From the NCBI GenBank assembly GCA_001643675.2, contig LSRY02000051.1, positions 558,001 to 622,000 of the forward strand: DNA of 64,000 bases, written 5' to 3'. Positions within the stretch are counted from its first letter, which is position 1. Each line of letters begins with the position of its first letter. Below, one piece after another: positions 49,301 through 59,300 of the stretch. A program made the position numbers and the translations under genes. Source of the stretch: Monocercomonoides exilis PA203 (taxonomy: Eukaryota > Protista > Preaxostyla). Below the pieces are notes generated by a model that saw only the letters and a list, made by a program, of their open reading frames with translations, did not search any database and was not told the origin of the DNA.

Positions 49301-52300
49301 TTGCTCGATACCACAATGGTGTCAGATTGATACTTCACAATCAGACTCATCAGATCCAGCGCCTTCTCCTTGTAATCAACCTCGTCCATCCCGAATATTG
49401 AATTTTGTTTGATGAATTCTTCATCGCGGAAGTCGAGGTTGAACTGCGTTTCGTTGATCTGGCTTTCAATGTGGTGGCACTCGATGAACACGTCATTTCC
49501 AACTTTCGCTGTGTTTCTTCTGAAAGTCACGTTATCAAACACAAACTTCAGTTCTCCATTCAGTCTGGTGGAAAGATACACGCCTCCTCCTTTTCCCTCG
49601 CTCGCTGAGCATCCACATAGCCTGACACTTGCATTCTTCAGCTTGAATGATCCTTCTTCATTCAGCGCGAATAGAATTGCACCTCCCTTTGTGCTTCCAC
49701 CTGCGCAACACTCTTCCAGCGCAGACGATTCAATATTAACTTTCACTCCACAAGTGCATGTGCTGCATATCAAACTTGCATCTGTGTCTTTCACATTCAC
49801 TGAGGAGAAAGTGCAATTCTTTGCAACAACTTCGCCCACATCATTTCTTTCGTTGTTTTTGTGGTCTCTGCTTTCATCTTGCACCTTCACCAGACTTCCA
49901 CATTCAGCTTTTGTTTGTGAAACACTGCATTCATCAAACAAGCTCTGGACTCCCGAAAGAATCACAAAAACACTTTGCTTCGCTTCAAACGATGTGATCA
50001 TGCACTTCCATAAACGCAAAATTCCCTTTTTCGCAAAGCATAGAGCAGCATTATCCATTTCATCTTCGATTCCATTGGTTGACAGTGAGCAATCGTCAAA
50101 TTCAAGCATTTCACCATCGCTTTCGAATATGCCTGTTTTTCCATTTGGCTGCAAGCGATATGTGCAAACGTCAAGTGCTCTCAGTGAAAGAGTTATGCTG
50201 TTGCTTATCCATACAGACACTATTCTTTCTTCTTTGCTCCCAATTTCAAGAGCAGAACGCACAACTTCATCTCCTCCTGAACCTTGGGGCTCAACAACCA
50301 GCCCAGACAAATCGCATGAACCTTCCACGCTTGCCTTTTCTTTGATTTCCACAGTCTTGCTGCTTGCATCTCCGACAATATGCTTCAGCCCCATCCACAT
50401 CGACTTGCAAGGATCTTCATCGCTTCCACATCTCGCAACATCGTCTCCTTCTTCCCACACAACCACAACTGAATTGCTGTATTCAATCAGAAATCTGAGG
50501 AGATCCGTGTTGTTCCGCTTCTCATCAGTTCCCACAAACAAATTCGAGTTGTCGTTCAACCCATCAACGCTGAATGCAAATGTCTGATTTGTCACCGATT
50601 CATTCAGATCGTTGCTGAGGATAAATATGTTTTTGCCAAGAAATGCGTCATTGCCTTCGAAATTAACATTTGTAAACATAAAAGAAAGATCAGAAGCTGC
50701 CTGTTTGTTGTTCAAGAAGAGGCAACCTCCCTTGCCAGAATTGCTCGTTTCAGCAGCACATCCTTTTATCTCACAACTACTCACTTCAAACAAACAACTT
50801 CCAGATAGGTTAATGTTTATCGCTCCACCTGTGTTGCTTGCAATTGACTTCACATTCGTCATATTACACTGTTCCATCTCAATTGCATTTTTTGCATCTT
50901 CGCTGAAAAGAACTGCGCAATCTGTATTTGCATTGGACAAATCTGCAAATGTGCAGTTGCTGAAGCTAACTATTGGATCGTGGGATTCTTCATTTTCAGC
51001 TCCAAGAAGTGACAATTCCAACACAGGCTTTGCTGTTCTTATGTTGTGAATGGTTGTCCAATTCATAATCAGTGTTGCTCCACTGCATCGCATTATGGAG
51101 TATTGAATCTCTTCGCTCGACTCTTCCTGCATTTCAAAGATGCATTTCTGAACTTCCAATACTCCGTTTTGTGATGTTGAACTGATCAAAGTGTGCTTTG
51201 TTTCATCAAAGCGTTTTGGAAACTGAAGAACTGTGTTCATTATCAGAGTGTTTCCCTCAGAAATAATAACGCTGTCTGACTCTCCTCCAATTATTGACTT
51301 TATTATCACAATGATTTGGCTATTTGCTTTTGTTTCGACACTCATACCTGTCAGATCGGTCTCCTGCTCTATTGCTGAGCGTCCAGAGAGTGTTATTCGT
51401 TTCTCATCACCTGCAAGTCTGCGAACTCCATAATCCACACTTGCACATGGGCACACTTCCATGCCACACCATATTCCATTATCTCCTGTCAGCCCATCCA
51501 CTTCAATGACCAACGAGCTGTAACCTTCGAGGAAGATGAGAAGATCAACATCATTTTCGAACTTTGATCTGTCTTTCCCCATCAGCGAGTTGTTCCTCTC
51601 AGTGATCTTTGCGTAAAATGAAAACGTTGATGCTGTCACAGTCTTTCTCAAGTCTTGGCAGACAAGATACACATCTCTCCCACATCTTGCTTCATTCCCT
51701 TCCACATTCATTCCGGCCAAATCAAATCTCGATGATTCACCCTCAAATCCCAGCCAGAGTCCTCCTCCATGTCCACTTCCATCTCCTTGCTCCGTTCTTC
51801 CAGCAATGCATCTCTTTATTGATGTGGCATCGCTTGTTAAACTGATTCTTAATTCGGCGCTGCCTCTCATATTCAGCTTCAATCCTCCTCCATTCCCTCT
51901 TTCTGCAACACAGTCTTCAATGGTTGTGTTTTCCACAACAACTCCACCATAAGCAATCACTCCACCAATCAACCCTCCATCTCCTGTTTCCAAATTGATT
52001 CCGCTTCCATTGCAATTAATCACATGAATTTCATTTGCCTCGCTTGCCTTTATCAGCCCAGAATCTGTGAATTGACAAGTACTCCAATTACACATGCTCA
52101 ATCTCAGAACACAACTGCTTCCTGCATAAATCAAGCTGCATCCTTCCGTGCTGCATTCGTTGGCATTCATTTCATTTACAATGAATGATCCTCCATTTGC
52201 AATCTCAATAAATCCATTTTCACGGGATAATGAGATATTTCTCAGATCGACATTTTCAATCACAAATTGAGATGCGTCTCCGCTTGCAGTGAACCCAGAT

Positions 52301-55300
52301 TTCATAAATTTCATTGAGTCCAATTCCAGTGATGACACTTTCACTGTTCCTCTTTCCACAGCAAACAACGAGTATTGTATCGCATTCACACCAGTCGAAA
52401 ATTGAAATCCACACTGATTGAATTCCAACGTGTCTTTTTTCAAGTGAAACAGCGTTTCATGATACTGCAGAACTGAGGGCAAGCTCAACACAAGATTTCT
52501 CATTGTTGTTTTGTTCGAAACATCAAACAATCCCTTGCAGCTCTCTTCTGCACACGATGCTTCTCCGTGGATCACAAGCAACCCCCCATCTTCGGCTGCA
52601 TCAACATCTGTCTGTGTTTTGGAAAAGACAACAGTTTCACCAACATCCACTGTGCTCTTAACAATAATGCTTATCGGAGAGCCATTCGCTCTATTCACCG
52701 TGAAGCTCAGCGTTCTGCATTTGAAAAACGAAAAACCACAACGAGGATGATCGTCACCAGAAGCAGACACTTGAATCCCACTTTGAGGCACATCTTGAGT
52801 GTAGCAAAGAATGGGGACGATGAGTGAAGTGTTGCTGGCATCGCCTATCCCTTCTGCATCACTCGCATCTTCATTCATTTGCAAGACAAATGCGAATCTC
52901 TCAACTGGGATCAACTCCAGATGATTTGATGCAATAAACACGTTCCTCCCATGTTCTGCATGATTTCCGTTGAACACCACATTCACAATCTCAAACGCAT
53001 CACTTGATGAAGACAACGCCAGAAATAATCCTCCTCCTCTTCCAGTGTCACTCACTCCGCTTGGATTTCCATTCCCGTTCTCAGCCCCGCAATCATGAAT
53101 CTCTGTTGCAGTGTTGCTTTGCCCAATCTTGAATGATCCTCCCTGCATCAGACTCCAATCGATACATCCTCCGTTTCCTTCACTGCATGAGCAGTTTTTG
53201 AACGTCACATTTTTTATCCAAATTGGATCGCTTCTTCCTCTTGATGCCGAGAATATTCCACCATTTCCCTCTCCTTTTGAAATGTTGCAAAATGTCACAT
53301 TCATCAGCATGCTTTCTTCCGCTCCACTCTCAACATATTCTTCAAAGAGCGAGCAACTTGACAAGGCAATATGCTCAACCAAGCAGTTGTCCATTTGAAA
53401 CTTGGAAAATATGACGCGAAACAGAGGATTGCTCCAAATTCTTTCAGCTGTTTCGTCAAGCCCGGAAATGGTTACGCTTTTCAATGAAAGCATCTGTGAA
53501 GCAGAACCCATCGCAAACAGTGAAGCAGAAAAATCAGCGGAGTTGTGACGAATGGTAACAAGCGATATTTTCATCGATCCTGAAGTCAAAGTGAACAAGA
53601 ATGATGAAGGATCCAGCGAGGATGTGTTAATGATGCAATTATCAGCACTTTCACCTTCAAATGAGGCTTCTCCCCCATCGATGATCATTGCCAACGGGGA
53701 ATATATCGAATTCAAAATGTGAACGGTCACTTTTGCACCCCTTTCCAAGGTGTTGAATGCTTTTTCAATTGTTCCACACGGTTCGTTTAACGACAACCCA
53801 CATATTGTTCCCGAGATCACATTCGCTCTGCAATATGTTGTGCGAATTGTTGGAAGCCAACAATCAAATGCAGTTCCACTATCATTGTAATGCACTCGAT
53901 TTTCTGGTGTTGTGGAATATGATGATTCAAACGGATTGACATTGATTAATGAATTTGAGATTTTTATATCGTGTCCCTCGTTGCATCTGGCTTTGTTTTC
54001 AATGAAAAGACAAAAAGAGAATATGACAGGAGGAGGATCGTTATTCATCCATCCAGTTGAAGAGAGTGATATTCCTCCACCTCCACGGTCATTTGCTTCT
54101 CCTGTTCCATTTGCAATATTGTTCGAAAACAAGCAATCAGATAATTCATATGAAAACGAATGGTGCTCACAAAAAATTCCTCCTCCAAAAGATCCAGCTT
54201 CATTGCTCTCAAATTTGCATTCATGAATCACTCCTTTCTCGGTTCCATGACTTTGATGCAAGCGTAATCCTCCTCCATAATTTTGAGTTGCAACGCATCT
54301 GTGAAAAACGCATTTTGATAAATGATAGTTTCCATTCAAACCATAAAGAATCATTCCTCCTGCAGTTGATAAAGATTCACATTTTGTGAAATTGCATTCT
54401 GTCATATTTACGCCCAATCCAAATTGAACATCAACAGCTCCATCATTTTGTTGACTCATATTGCGAAAGCTACATCTTGTGCATTCAAGAGTCGAGCCAC
54501 CCGTCAAATAGATTGAACTTCCAACACCTCCAACGTAAATGTCATGCCATTCGCAATCAGTGAAAGTATTCGAATCATTTGAATCAAGTCTCTGCTGTGT
54601 CATATGTTTGTTATTTGATACAGCTATGTTTTCTTGACGGATACAGCTTTCGAAGGTGATGTTGAGTGCTGCAAGTGAAGAAGATGGACGGTTCACTGAT
54701 CTTGTAATTCCCCCATCAATAACATCACTGACTCTATGAAAAATACAACCATCGAGCGTTGTCCAAGTTGCAACTGATATCGTTGGGGATACAGACCGAA
54801 CCGGAAATGTTGATGTGATGTTGTGCATTAAAAGGCAGGTGGCAGAAACTGAACAACAAATATCTGCTGCCAGGAGTGGAGTTTTTGACATCTCAAATGA
54901 TGAAAGCAACGAATCGGAAAGAGAAATGAATGCTTCTTTGTGAAATGACATTGCATCGGATGATGAACAGAATAAGCCTGGAATTGGTGCGAATGAGCGA
55001 ATCGAGGAAATTGAAAGATTTTTAGCATCTGTCACTCCTCCATCAATCACAAAAAAACTGTATTCAGAAGAAGAAATTGCAGCACAGCTCATGAGGAAAA
55101 GAATTGATTGCTCATTGATTCGAAAGAAAGATTTATTATTTGATGTTTTGAGAATGACACATGAGCATTCAAATGTTGTGTTTTGAACATTAAAAGATCC
55201 AATAATTATTCCTCTTTCAGCTCTTTCTCGAGCAGAAAGTGATAAAGTCTGATCTAGCTCACAATCATTATTTTTCCAGTTTATTTTATCTTTCCATTTC

Positions 55301-55356
55301 ACGGCAGAAAAGTTTTCTTGCATGCAAGCCAATAGAAGAATAGATAATATTTTCAT
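46312..55356 (-). CDS. Intact intronless 3014-aa receptor-like protein: signal peptide, repetitive beta-helix-like ectodomain, TM helix, degenerate kinase C-lobe
   Basis: MKILSILLLAC N-terminus; recurring GG.I / GGGL.L, F.GN.A..G.DVF and G.D...CG....PC modules; TM WWILVVIVMAIVLFVVLMIAVISTV-RWRK; LRWKAPELL, FSIGMMLWECLT, ERPSL. Confidence 0.9.
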   Translation of the reverse strand: MKILSILLLACMQENFSAVKWKDKINWKNNDCELDQTLSLSARERAERGIIIGSFNVQNTTFECSCVILKTSNNKSFFRINEQSILFLMSCAAISSSEYSFFVIDGGVTDAKNLSISSIRSFAPIPGLFCSSSDAMSFHKEAFISLSDSLLSSFEMSKTPLLAADICCSVSATCLLMHNITSTFPVRSVSPTISVATWTTLDGCIFHRVSDVIDGGITRSVNRPSSSLAALNITFESCIRQENIAVSNNKHMTQQRLDSNDSNTFTDCEWHDIYVGGVGSSIYLTGGSTLECTRCSFRNMSQQNDGAVDVQFGLGVNMTECNFTKCESLSTAGGMILYGLNGNYHLSKCVFHRCVATQNYGGGLRLHQSHGTEKGVIHECKFESNEAGSFGGGIFCEHHSFSYELSDCLFSNNIANGTGEANDRGGGGISLSSTGWMNNDPPPVIFSFCLFIENKARCNEGHDIKISNSLINVNPFESSYSTTPENRVHYNDSGTAFDCWLPTIRTTYCRANVISGTICGLSLNEPCGTIEKAFNTLERGAKVTVHILNSIYSPLAMIIDGGEASFEGESADNCIINTSSLDPSSFLFTLTSGSMKISLVTIRHNSADFSASLFAMGSASQMLSLKSVTISGLDETAERIWSNPLFRVIFSKFQMDNCLVEHIALSSCSLFEEYVESGAEESMLMNVTFCNISKGEGNGGIFSASRGRSDPIWIKNVTFKNCSCSEGNGGCIDWSLMQGGSFKIGQSNTATEIHDCGAENGNGNPSGVSDTGRGGGLFLALSSSSDAFEIVNVVFNGNHAEHGRNVFIASNHLELIPVERFAFVLQMNEDASDAEGIGDASNTSLIVPILCYTQDVPQSGIQVSASGDDHPRCGFSFFKCRTLSFTVNRANGSPISIIVKSTVDVGETVVFSKTQTDVDAAEDGGLLVIHGEASCAEESCKGLFDVSNKTTMRNLVLSLPSVLQYHETLFHLKKDTLEFNQCGFQFSTGVNAIQYSLFAVERGTVKVSSLELDSMKFMKSGFTASGDASQFVIENVDLRNISLSRENGFIEIANGGSFIVNEMNANECSTEGCSLIYAGSSCVLRLSMCNWSTCQFTDSGLIKASEANEIHVINCNGSGINLETGDGGLIGGVIAYGGVVVENTTIEDCVAERGNGGGLKLNMRGSAELRISLTSDATSIKRCIAGRTEQGDGSGHGGGLWLGFEGESSRFDLAGMNVEGNEARCGRDVYLVCQDLRKTVTASTFSFYAKITERNNSLMGKDRSKFENDVDLLIFLEGYSSLVIEVDGLTGDNGIWCGMEVCPCASVDYGVRRLAGDEKRITLSGRSAIEQETDLTGMSVETKANSQIIVIIKSIIGGESDSVIISEGNTLIMNTVLQFPKRFDETKHTLISSTSQNGVLEVQKCIFEMQEESSEEIQYSIMRCSGATLIMNWTTIHNIRTAKPVLELSLLGAENEESHDPIVSFSNCTFADLSNANTDCAVLFSEDAKNAIEMEQCNMTNVKSIASNTGGAININLSGSCLFEVSSCEIKGCAAETSNSGKGGCLFLNNKQAASDLSFMFTNVNFEGNDAFLGKNIFILSNDLNESVTNQTFAFSVDGLNDNSNLFVGTDEKRNNTDLLRFLIEYSNSVVVVWEEGDDVARCGSDEDPCKSMWMGLKHIVGDASSKTVEIKEKASVEGSCDLSGLVVEPQGSGGDEVVRSALEIGSKEERIVSVWISNSITLSLRALDVCTYRLQPNGKTGIFESDGEMLEFDDCSLSTNGIEDEMDNAALCFAKKGILRLWKCMITSFEAKQSVFVILSGVQSLFDECSVSQTKAECGSLVKVQDESRDHKNNERNDVGEVVAKNCTFSSVNVKDTDASLICSTCTCGVKVNIESSALEECCAGGSTKGGAILFALNEEGSFKLKNASVRLCGCSASEGKGGGVYLSTRLNGELKFVFDNVTFRRNTAKVGNDVFIECHHIESQINETQFNLDFRDEEFIKQNSIFGMDEVDYKEKALDLMSLIVKYQSDTIVVSSKEGNGGSNEQQCGKPKLPCATIGFGLRHLTHDFFSQLFVDEESIVDEEVVLETLTLRGLQENGSIVTVKGEIKGSEDFVVRTSGNVQLQSLLFVFEIVLQTERTSFLKVDSGKATLNACSFEAGNLLGGSKRSLPFCLLSIDGGECFLNKVNISSLSFECDAAVCIKKSTEVNNLVVKNVEVEKDFVQISGNASVKMENLDVNGVEVRSGCFIAVNGGESKSLNEETSSASFSLSLSFIENITCVGEDASVIGIERFDSIAKLSNCSFARCQTRKTTGSIASLSFCKDIEIKGCLFDGEKQIETDGPHMSNVDPFICEWNGSLVDVVQSKSVISDTTFTNSDDGGLSARGGTMRIEKGEFVNNNPAIELYPSARRNILCSDSTKLDMASVKAGDGVLPDSSLWILNDGCELSGIASERPSALFIPVLHEVKSSPISSGATNLTLFGELLLPCNLTLKLCFTSGDEEFIELHEINKDGFSSENEIQTVATSSQLENVREETEVSLCVLFGNADSPSSTQSFILKNRSEPEQKGDERIVEGGNEKKSWWILVVIVMAIVLFVVLMIAVISTVRWRKVKNEAEDLREIVNDNIRKDPKLIEMVTMEMSPEEQWRRAEREAEKKNDERMKKRVYETNMQHSESSEHLLSESGSTEYILGKDSDKIPEWALEKEDEEEVRKRSPSPSISSTSTTSTTDSDSTFVRSESMCPTTSSMSNLVDAMACSSPHEKLIVDLRDSLFMLLHGSNKTKEMPIGSLKEREQTAAQILFWVANLALHSFDEMENKLQSLANLSPHIVLFSEHMVICIVMHSDFLSSDDSDSSSISSSTVVTSASGNDDDEDSLPSSAFEDEDSFKKECLRWKAPELLINKKMGATKESVVFSIGMMLWECLTLQIPFGDYEAEVAGQKILNEERPNMKHVEGSEFCYVARGCLSSEESERPSLVDLKKVFVQHLPKDAFIFTIADALFTENPNNARSGAESETESETEGWTTEPTTIRDR

Positions 55357-56335
55357 TGAAGCCTGATGGAAAAATTGTGCGCTATCCCCCTTTCAAAAAC
55401 GGAAAAGAGCAAAAACAAATTTCACAGATTTGATCTTAATCATATTATAATCAAAGTTGATTTTTCGATATGAAAAATTTGAGTTGATTTTTCTGTAACA
55501 TATTTTTTTTATTTAATAAGAATATATTATTATTTGTTTATTGATGATACTGAATTTTTATGAAACACTTTTTTCTAAATATTATTAAAGATTTGATAAA
55601 ACTAATTTAATATTTTTTCCTTCCCACCCACTTCCCCAATTGGAAGAGAAGTTTTATTTTATTTTGTTGTAGTTAAATTATTGTTTCAATATAACAGAAT
55701 TTTTGAAATGAAAAAGATTTAATGATTTATTCCAAACTTTTTCTACAATCGAATAATTGTAATTCTGAAATTCTTGGGCAATATAAATTTAGAAATATAA
55801 AAAAGTTGAGAAAAATCTTTGAAGCAATGATAGGAACAAAACACATGAAGCAAATAATTTCGTACCAATTGTCTTTTCGTTTGATTGTTAAAAATTTTCT
55901 GTTGATTTTTTTGCTTGATAAATGATATCTGTTTTTTTTTTCCAATTGTTTTAAAATGGAGAAAATGAAGTGTTCGTTATGCATGTTTTTCATAAATATC
56001 AATTCCATTTCTTCACAATGATATTCACAATTAAGATATTACTCTCATAAATGAAGATTATATGAAAGATAATCTTTGAAATCTTGTTGGTTATTCTGTT
56101 GTGAGGAAGTTCTATTTCAAATTAGCTGTTTATAAAGGCCATAGAAGTTTATGGTAAATGCGTTTCCAATGTTCAAAATTGCAAATAATTAGAAAAATTA
56201 TATGATTTGAAAAAACAAGCCAAACATTTAGACAAAACAAACAATTTATTCTGTACAATCAAACTAGAACAACAAAATGTCGAACAACATAAAATACAAC
56301 AATGAAATAAAAAACATAAGAGAAACAATCTAATT

Positions 56336-59300
56336 TTACATCCATTTTTTGCTCTTTTGGAATCTTTCTTTCTCTCTCTCTTCTTCCATCCATTCTTCTT
56401 CCACCGGTCCGTTATGCTGATAACCCCACAGATAAAATCGTGTATACACAGAAAGATCGTAATATGAAATAGCTCGTTCTCCAGTTGCTCGAAGGAAAAG
56501 ACTCATCTGCTGCAGAACTTCCTGGTCTGACCGCAGCATGTTGAATCCCAGACACTCCGCCACACTCAGCTCCACATCGATCATCTGAGAGACAGACACT
56601 TTGAATGCATGTGCAATTGGCTGTGTTGCAGCAATCACTGCACTTTTCGTGCCTTCATTGAACTTGGCTGCCAGAAACACACAGGCAGCAGCAGCCTGCT
56701 TCACATTCTTGTTGTTCACATACGACGGAAGAATCGGCCACACAAGTGAGAAAGGAGGGTTGAGAGTGGCAAGTGTAGATGGAGAACTAGTTTTCCCATC
56801 TGAAGGATTCAAAAAGACATGCATTGAAGAAGAACCTTCAACTGGAGAAGTGACTGAGTGTGAAGAAGGGAATCGGAGAGGAGAAAAGCTGGTGATGCTC
56901 TCCAGCTGTCTGGTTGGTATGCCAAAACGAGGCTCAATCAATGACTCAAAGTAGACAAGTGCTAGAGACAGTGTGGAAATGTCAAGAACAGACGTAAGCT
57001 TCAATATTTTTTCTTTCATCTTTGCTATTTTATGCGCAGTCAAGGATTGAGGAAGATGAGGAAAGCGAGAATGCATTAGTTTGTTGTGCTTTTCTTTTCC
57101 AGCGTGCGGAAGGATCGAAAGCGAGCTGGATTCAAATTGGAACTGCTGAGGAAGAACAGAAGCACAATCACAATGCATCGAAGGCTCTACACCACAGAAC
57201 GAAGGAGGAAGCGGAGCAAAACCACCAGAAAAGGCAGAGTCATATGCGAATGGAGAATCAATTGGTGTGAATCCTCTGTATGATAACAGCTCGCTGCCAG
57301 AAGAATATCTTTCATCTGCATAAAATGAGGAGGAAAATTGCGACGGCGATTCAAATGGATAAAACATTTGTGACCTTTCCTTATTCTGTTGCTGCCTCAG
57401 TGACATCTTCATTGAAGACTCCATCTCAGTTGCAGCAACAACAGCACTGTTTCTTGTGAACACAGGTGCAATCAGCAGAAGAGCATAGCTCACACCTCCT
57501 CTGCTCAGCATCTTCCTCATCCATTGCTTGCTGGAGGCTGATGCAATGCGCATGTGTGATGGGTTGTATGGATTCACCATTGTCTTTTGGTGCTCTGGAG
57601 ACATCATAAACTCAAACCACGACTTGTTCCAGCTGACAAGAGGAAGCGTGGGAGAAGGATTTGAATAAGCAGGTGAAAAAAGAGGGTGCAAAGGATCGCT
57701 GATGGTCGGCAGCAAAGAAGGATGAAAAGTCGAAACAGTCAGAGGATATGTGCCTTTGGAGAATGAGACATTCAAAGAAGCTGGCTGATTCATTTGATGA
57801 GCAAAAGGAGAATAGAATCTGCCAGGGCCACTCATCATTGGGTAACCTGTTTGATTATATCTCTTATCTTGTCTCACCCAGTTCATTTCTCTTCCTCCAA
57901 AATAGCCATTGGCTGTCAAATTAAAGTTCATTGCTCTTCCATATGGATCATATCTCAACCCTCCTCTCCTCTTTCTTTGATATCTTCCTCTACCTTTTCC
58001 TTCTTTTGATCGATCTTGTTGAGTACCTCTTTCATTCTCTTGGTCTCTTTCTCTATCTTTAGATGTCTCTTTTGCTTTCTCTTTGTCTGTTTTATCATTT
58101 CGCTTCCACAACCTCTCCACCTGCGCCACATCATTTATTTCCTTTTCCAGCATTTCATTGATGATCCACATCTGCACCGATGCAGCCACCACATCGTTGT
58201 TCACTTTCATTGAGAATCGAAGAGCACTCTTTATTTGAGCAAACTCTCTGTTGCATCCATCTTCTTCATCCTCTTTCATCAGAGCCTCAAAAGACTCACT
58301 GCTCATTTCGTCTTCATTTGAATTCTCCACCTGACTCTCTTTTGTTCCAGGCGATGGATTGCTGATGATCCTTCGCTGAATATCGCTGTCAGAATTAAGC
58401 ATCACTCCATTCTCAAACTCCGCAGCATTATAAGCCCTCTGCTTCTTCTTCTGTGCCCTCAGCTTCTTTCTCTCTCTCTTCAAAGCTCTTCTTCTTTCTC
58501 TCTCAACTACTTTCCTTCTCCTCTCCATTTTCCTCAATCGCCTCTTCTCCTTTGTCAGCAGCCCTCCATCCTGAAATTCTGTGTCTGACCATCTGTGTGC
58601 CTGGTCTGTGCCTTCGCTCGTTGTGATGTCTGAGGAAGGCAGCTCAATTGTGCTCATGCTGATTTGCCCATCTGACTCAGCTGCTGCTGTTATTGATGAG
58701 TCAGATGCAGAGTCAGACGAGGAAGACAAATGAAGCGTAGATGAAGTCGATCTCCCCGAGTTATCTTCGCTTTGATCGCGATTCTTCTGAAAACTGTTAC
58801 TTCTTGACTTCAGTGCAGGAGCAATACTCTCAATTCCATCGTTGTATTTATCCTTGACACACCAACCAGGAATGAACTGCTCTCCATTCCATCTACCTGA
58901 AAGAGACGCTGATTCAGCAATTTCTTTGCTTGCCTTCTTTTTCTCTTCCAAAAGCACCGACCGCAACGCCTGCTCCATCAGCTCTTCTTCATCTACTCCA
59001 TCAAAATAGTCATCTTCTTCCTCCTCTGCATCTGTCTCAATCGTCCCATCAGCCTTCACAGAAGAGCTGCTGAAGTCATCCATTTGCTTCTGCGTGCTGT
59101 CTTCCTCTGTCTCTTCGACTTCTCTCTCATCCACATTCGAATCCCATTCCTCATTCTTTTGATCAGCACTCTCTGTTTTGTGATGGGCTTTATCTCTTTC
59201 TGTTGTAATCTTTTCATTCGACGATCTTTCACGTTGCTCATTCTGAATAGCCTTCTCCAATGAAAAGACAATCACACTTCCTTTTTTGTCTGAGGAAGAA

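Noticed and set aside
47139-50587. Long antisense ORFs (380, 280 and 392 aa) and similar ones opposite other genes
   Set aside because: Shadow ORFs of real coding strands; low-complexity translations with no motifs.
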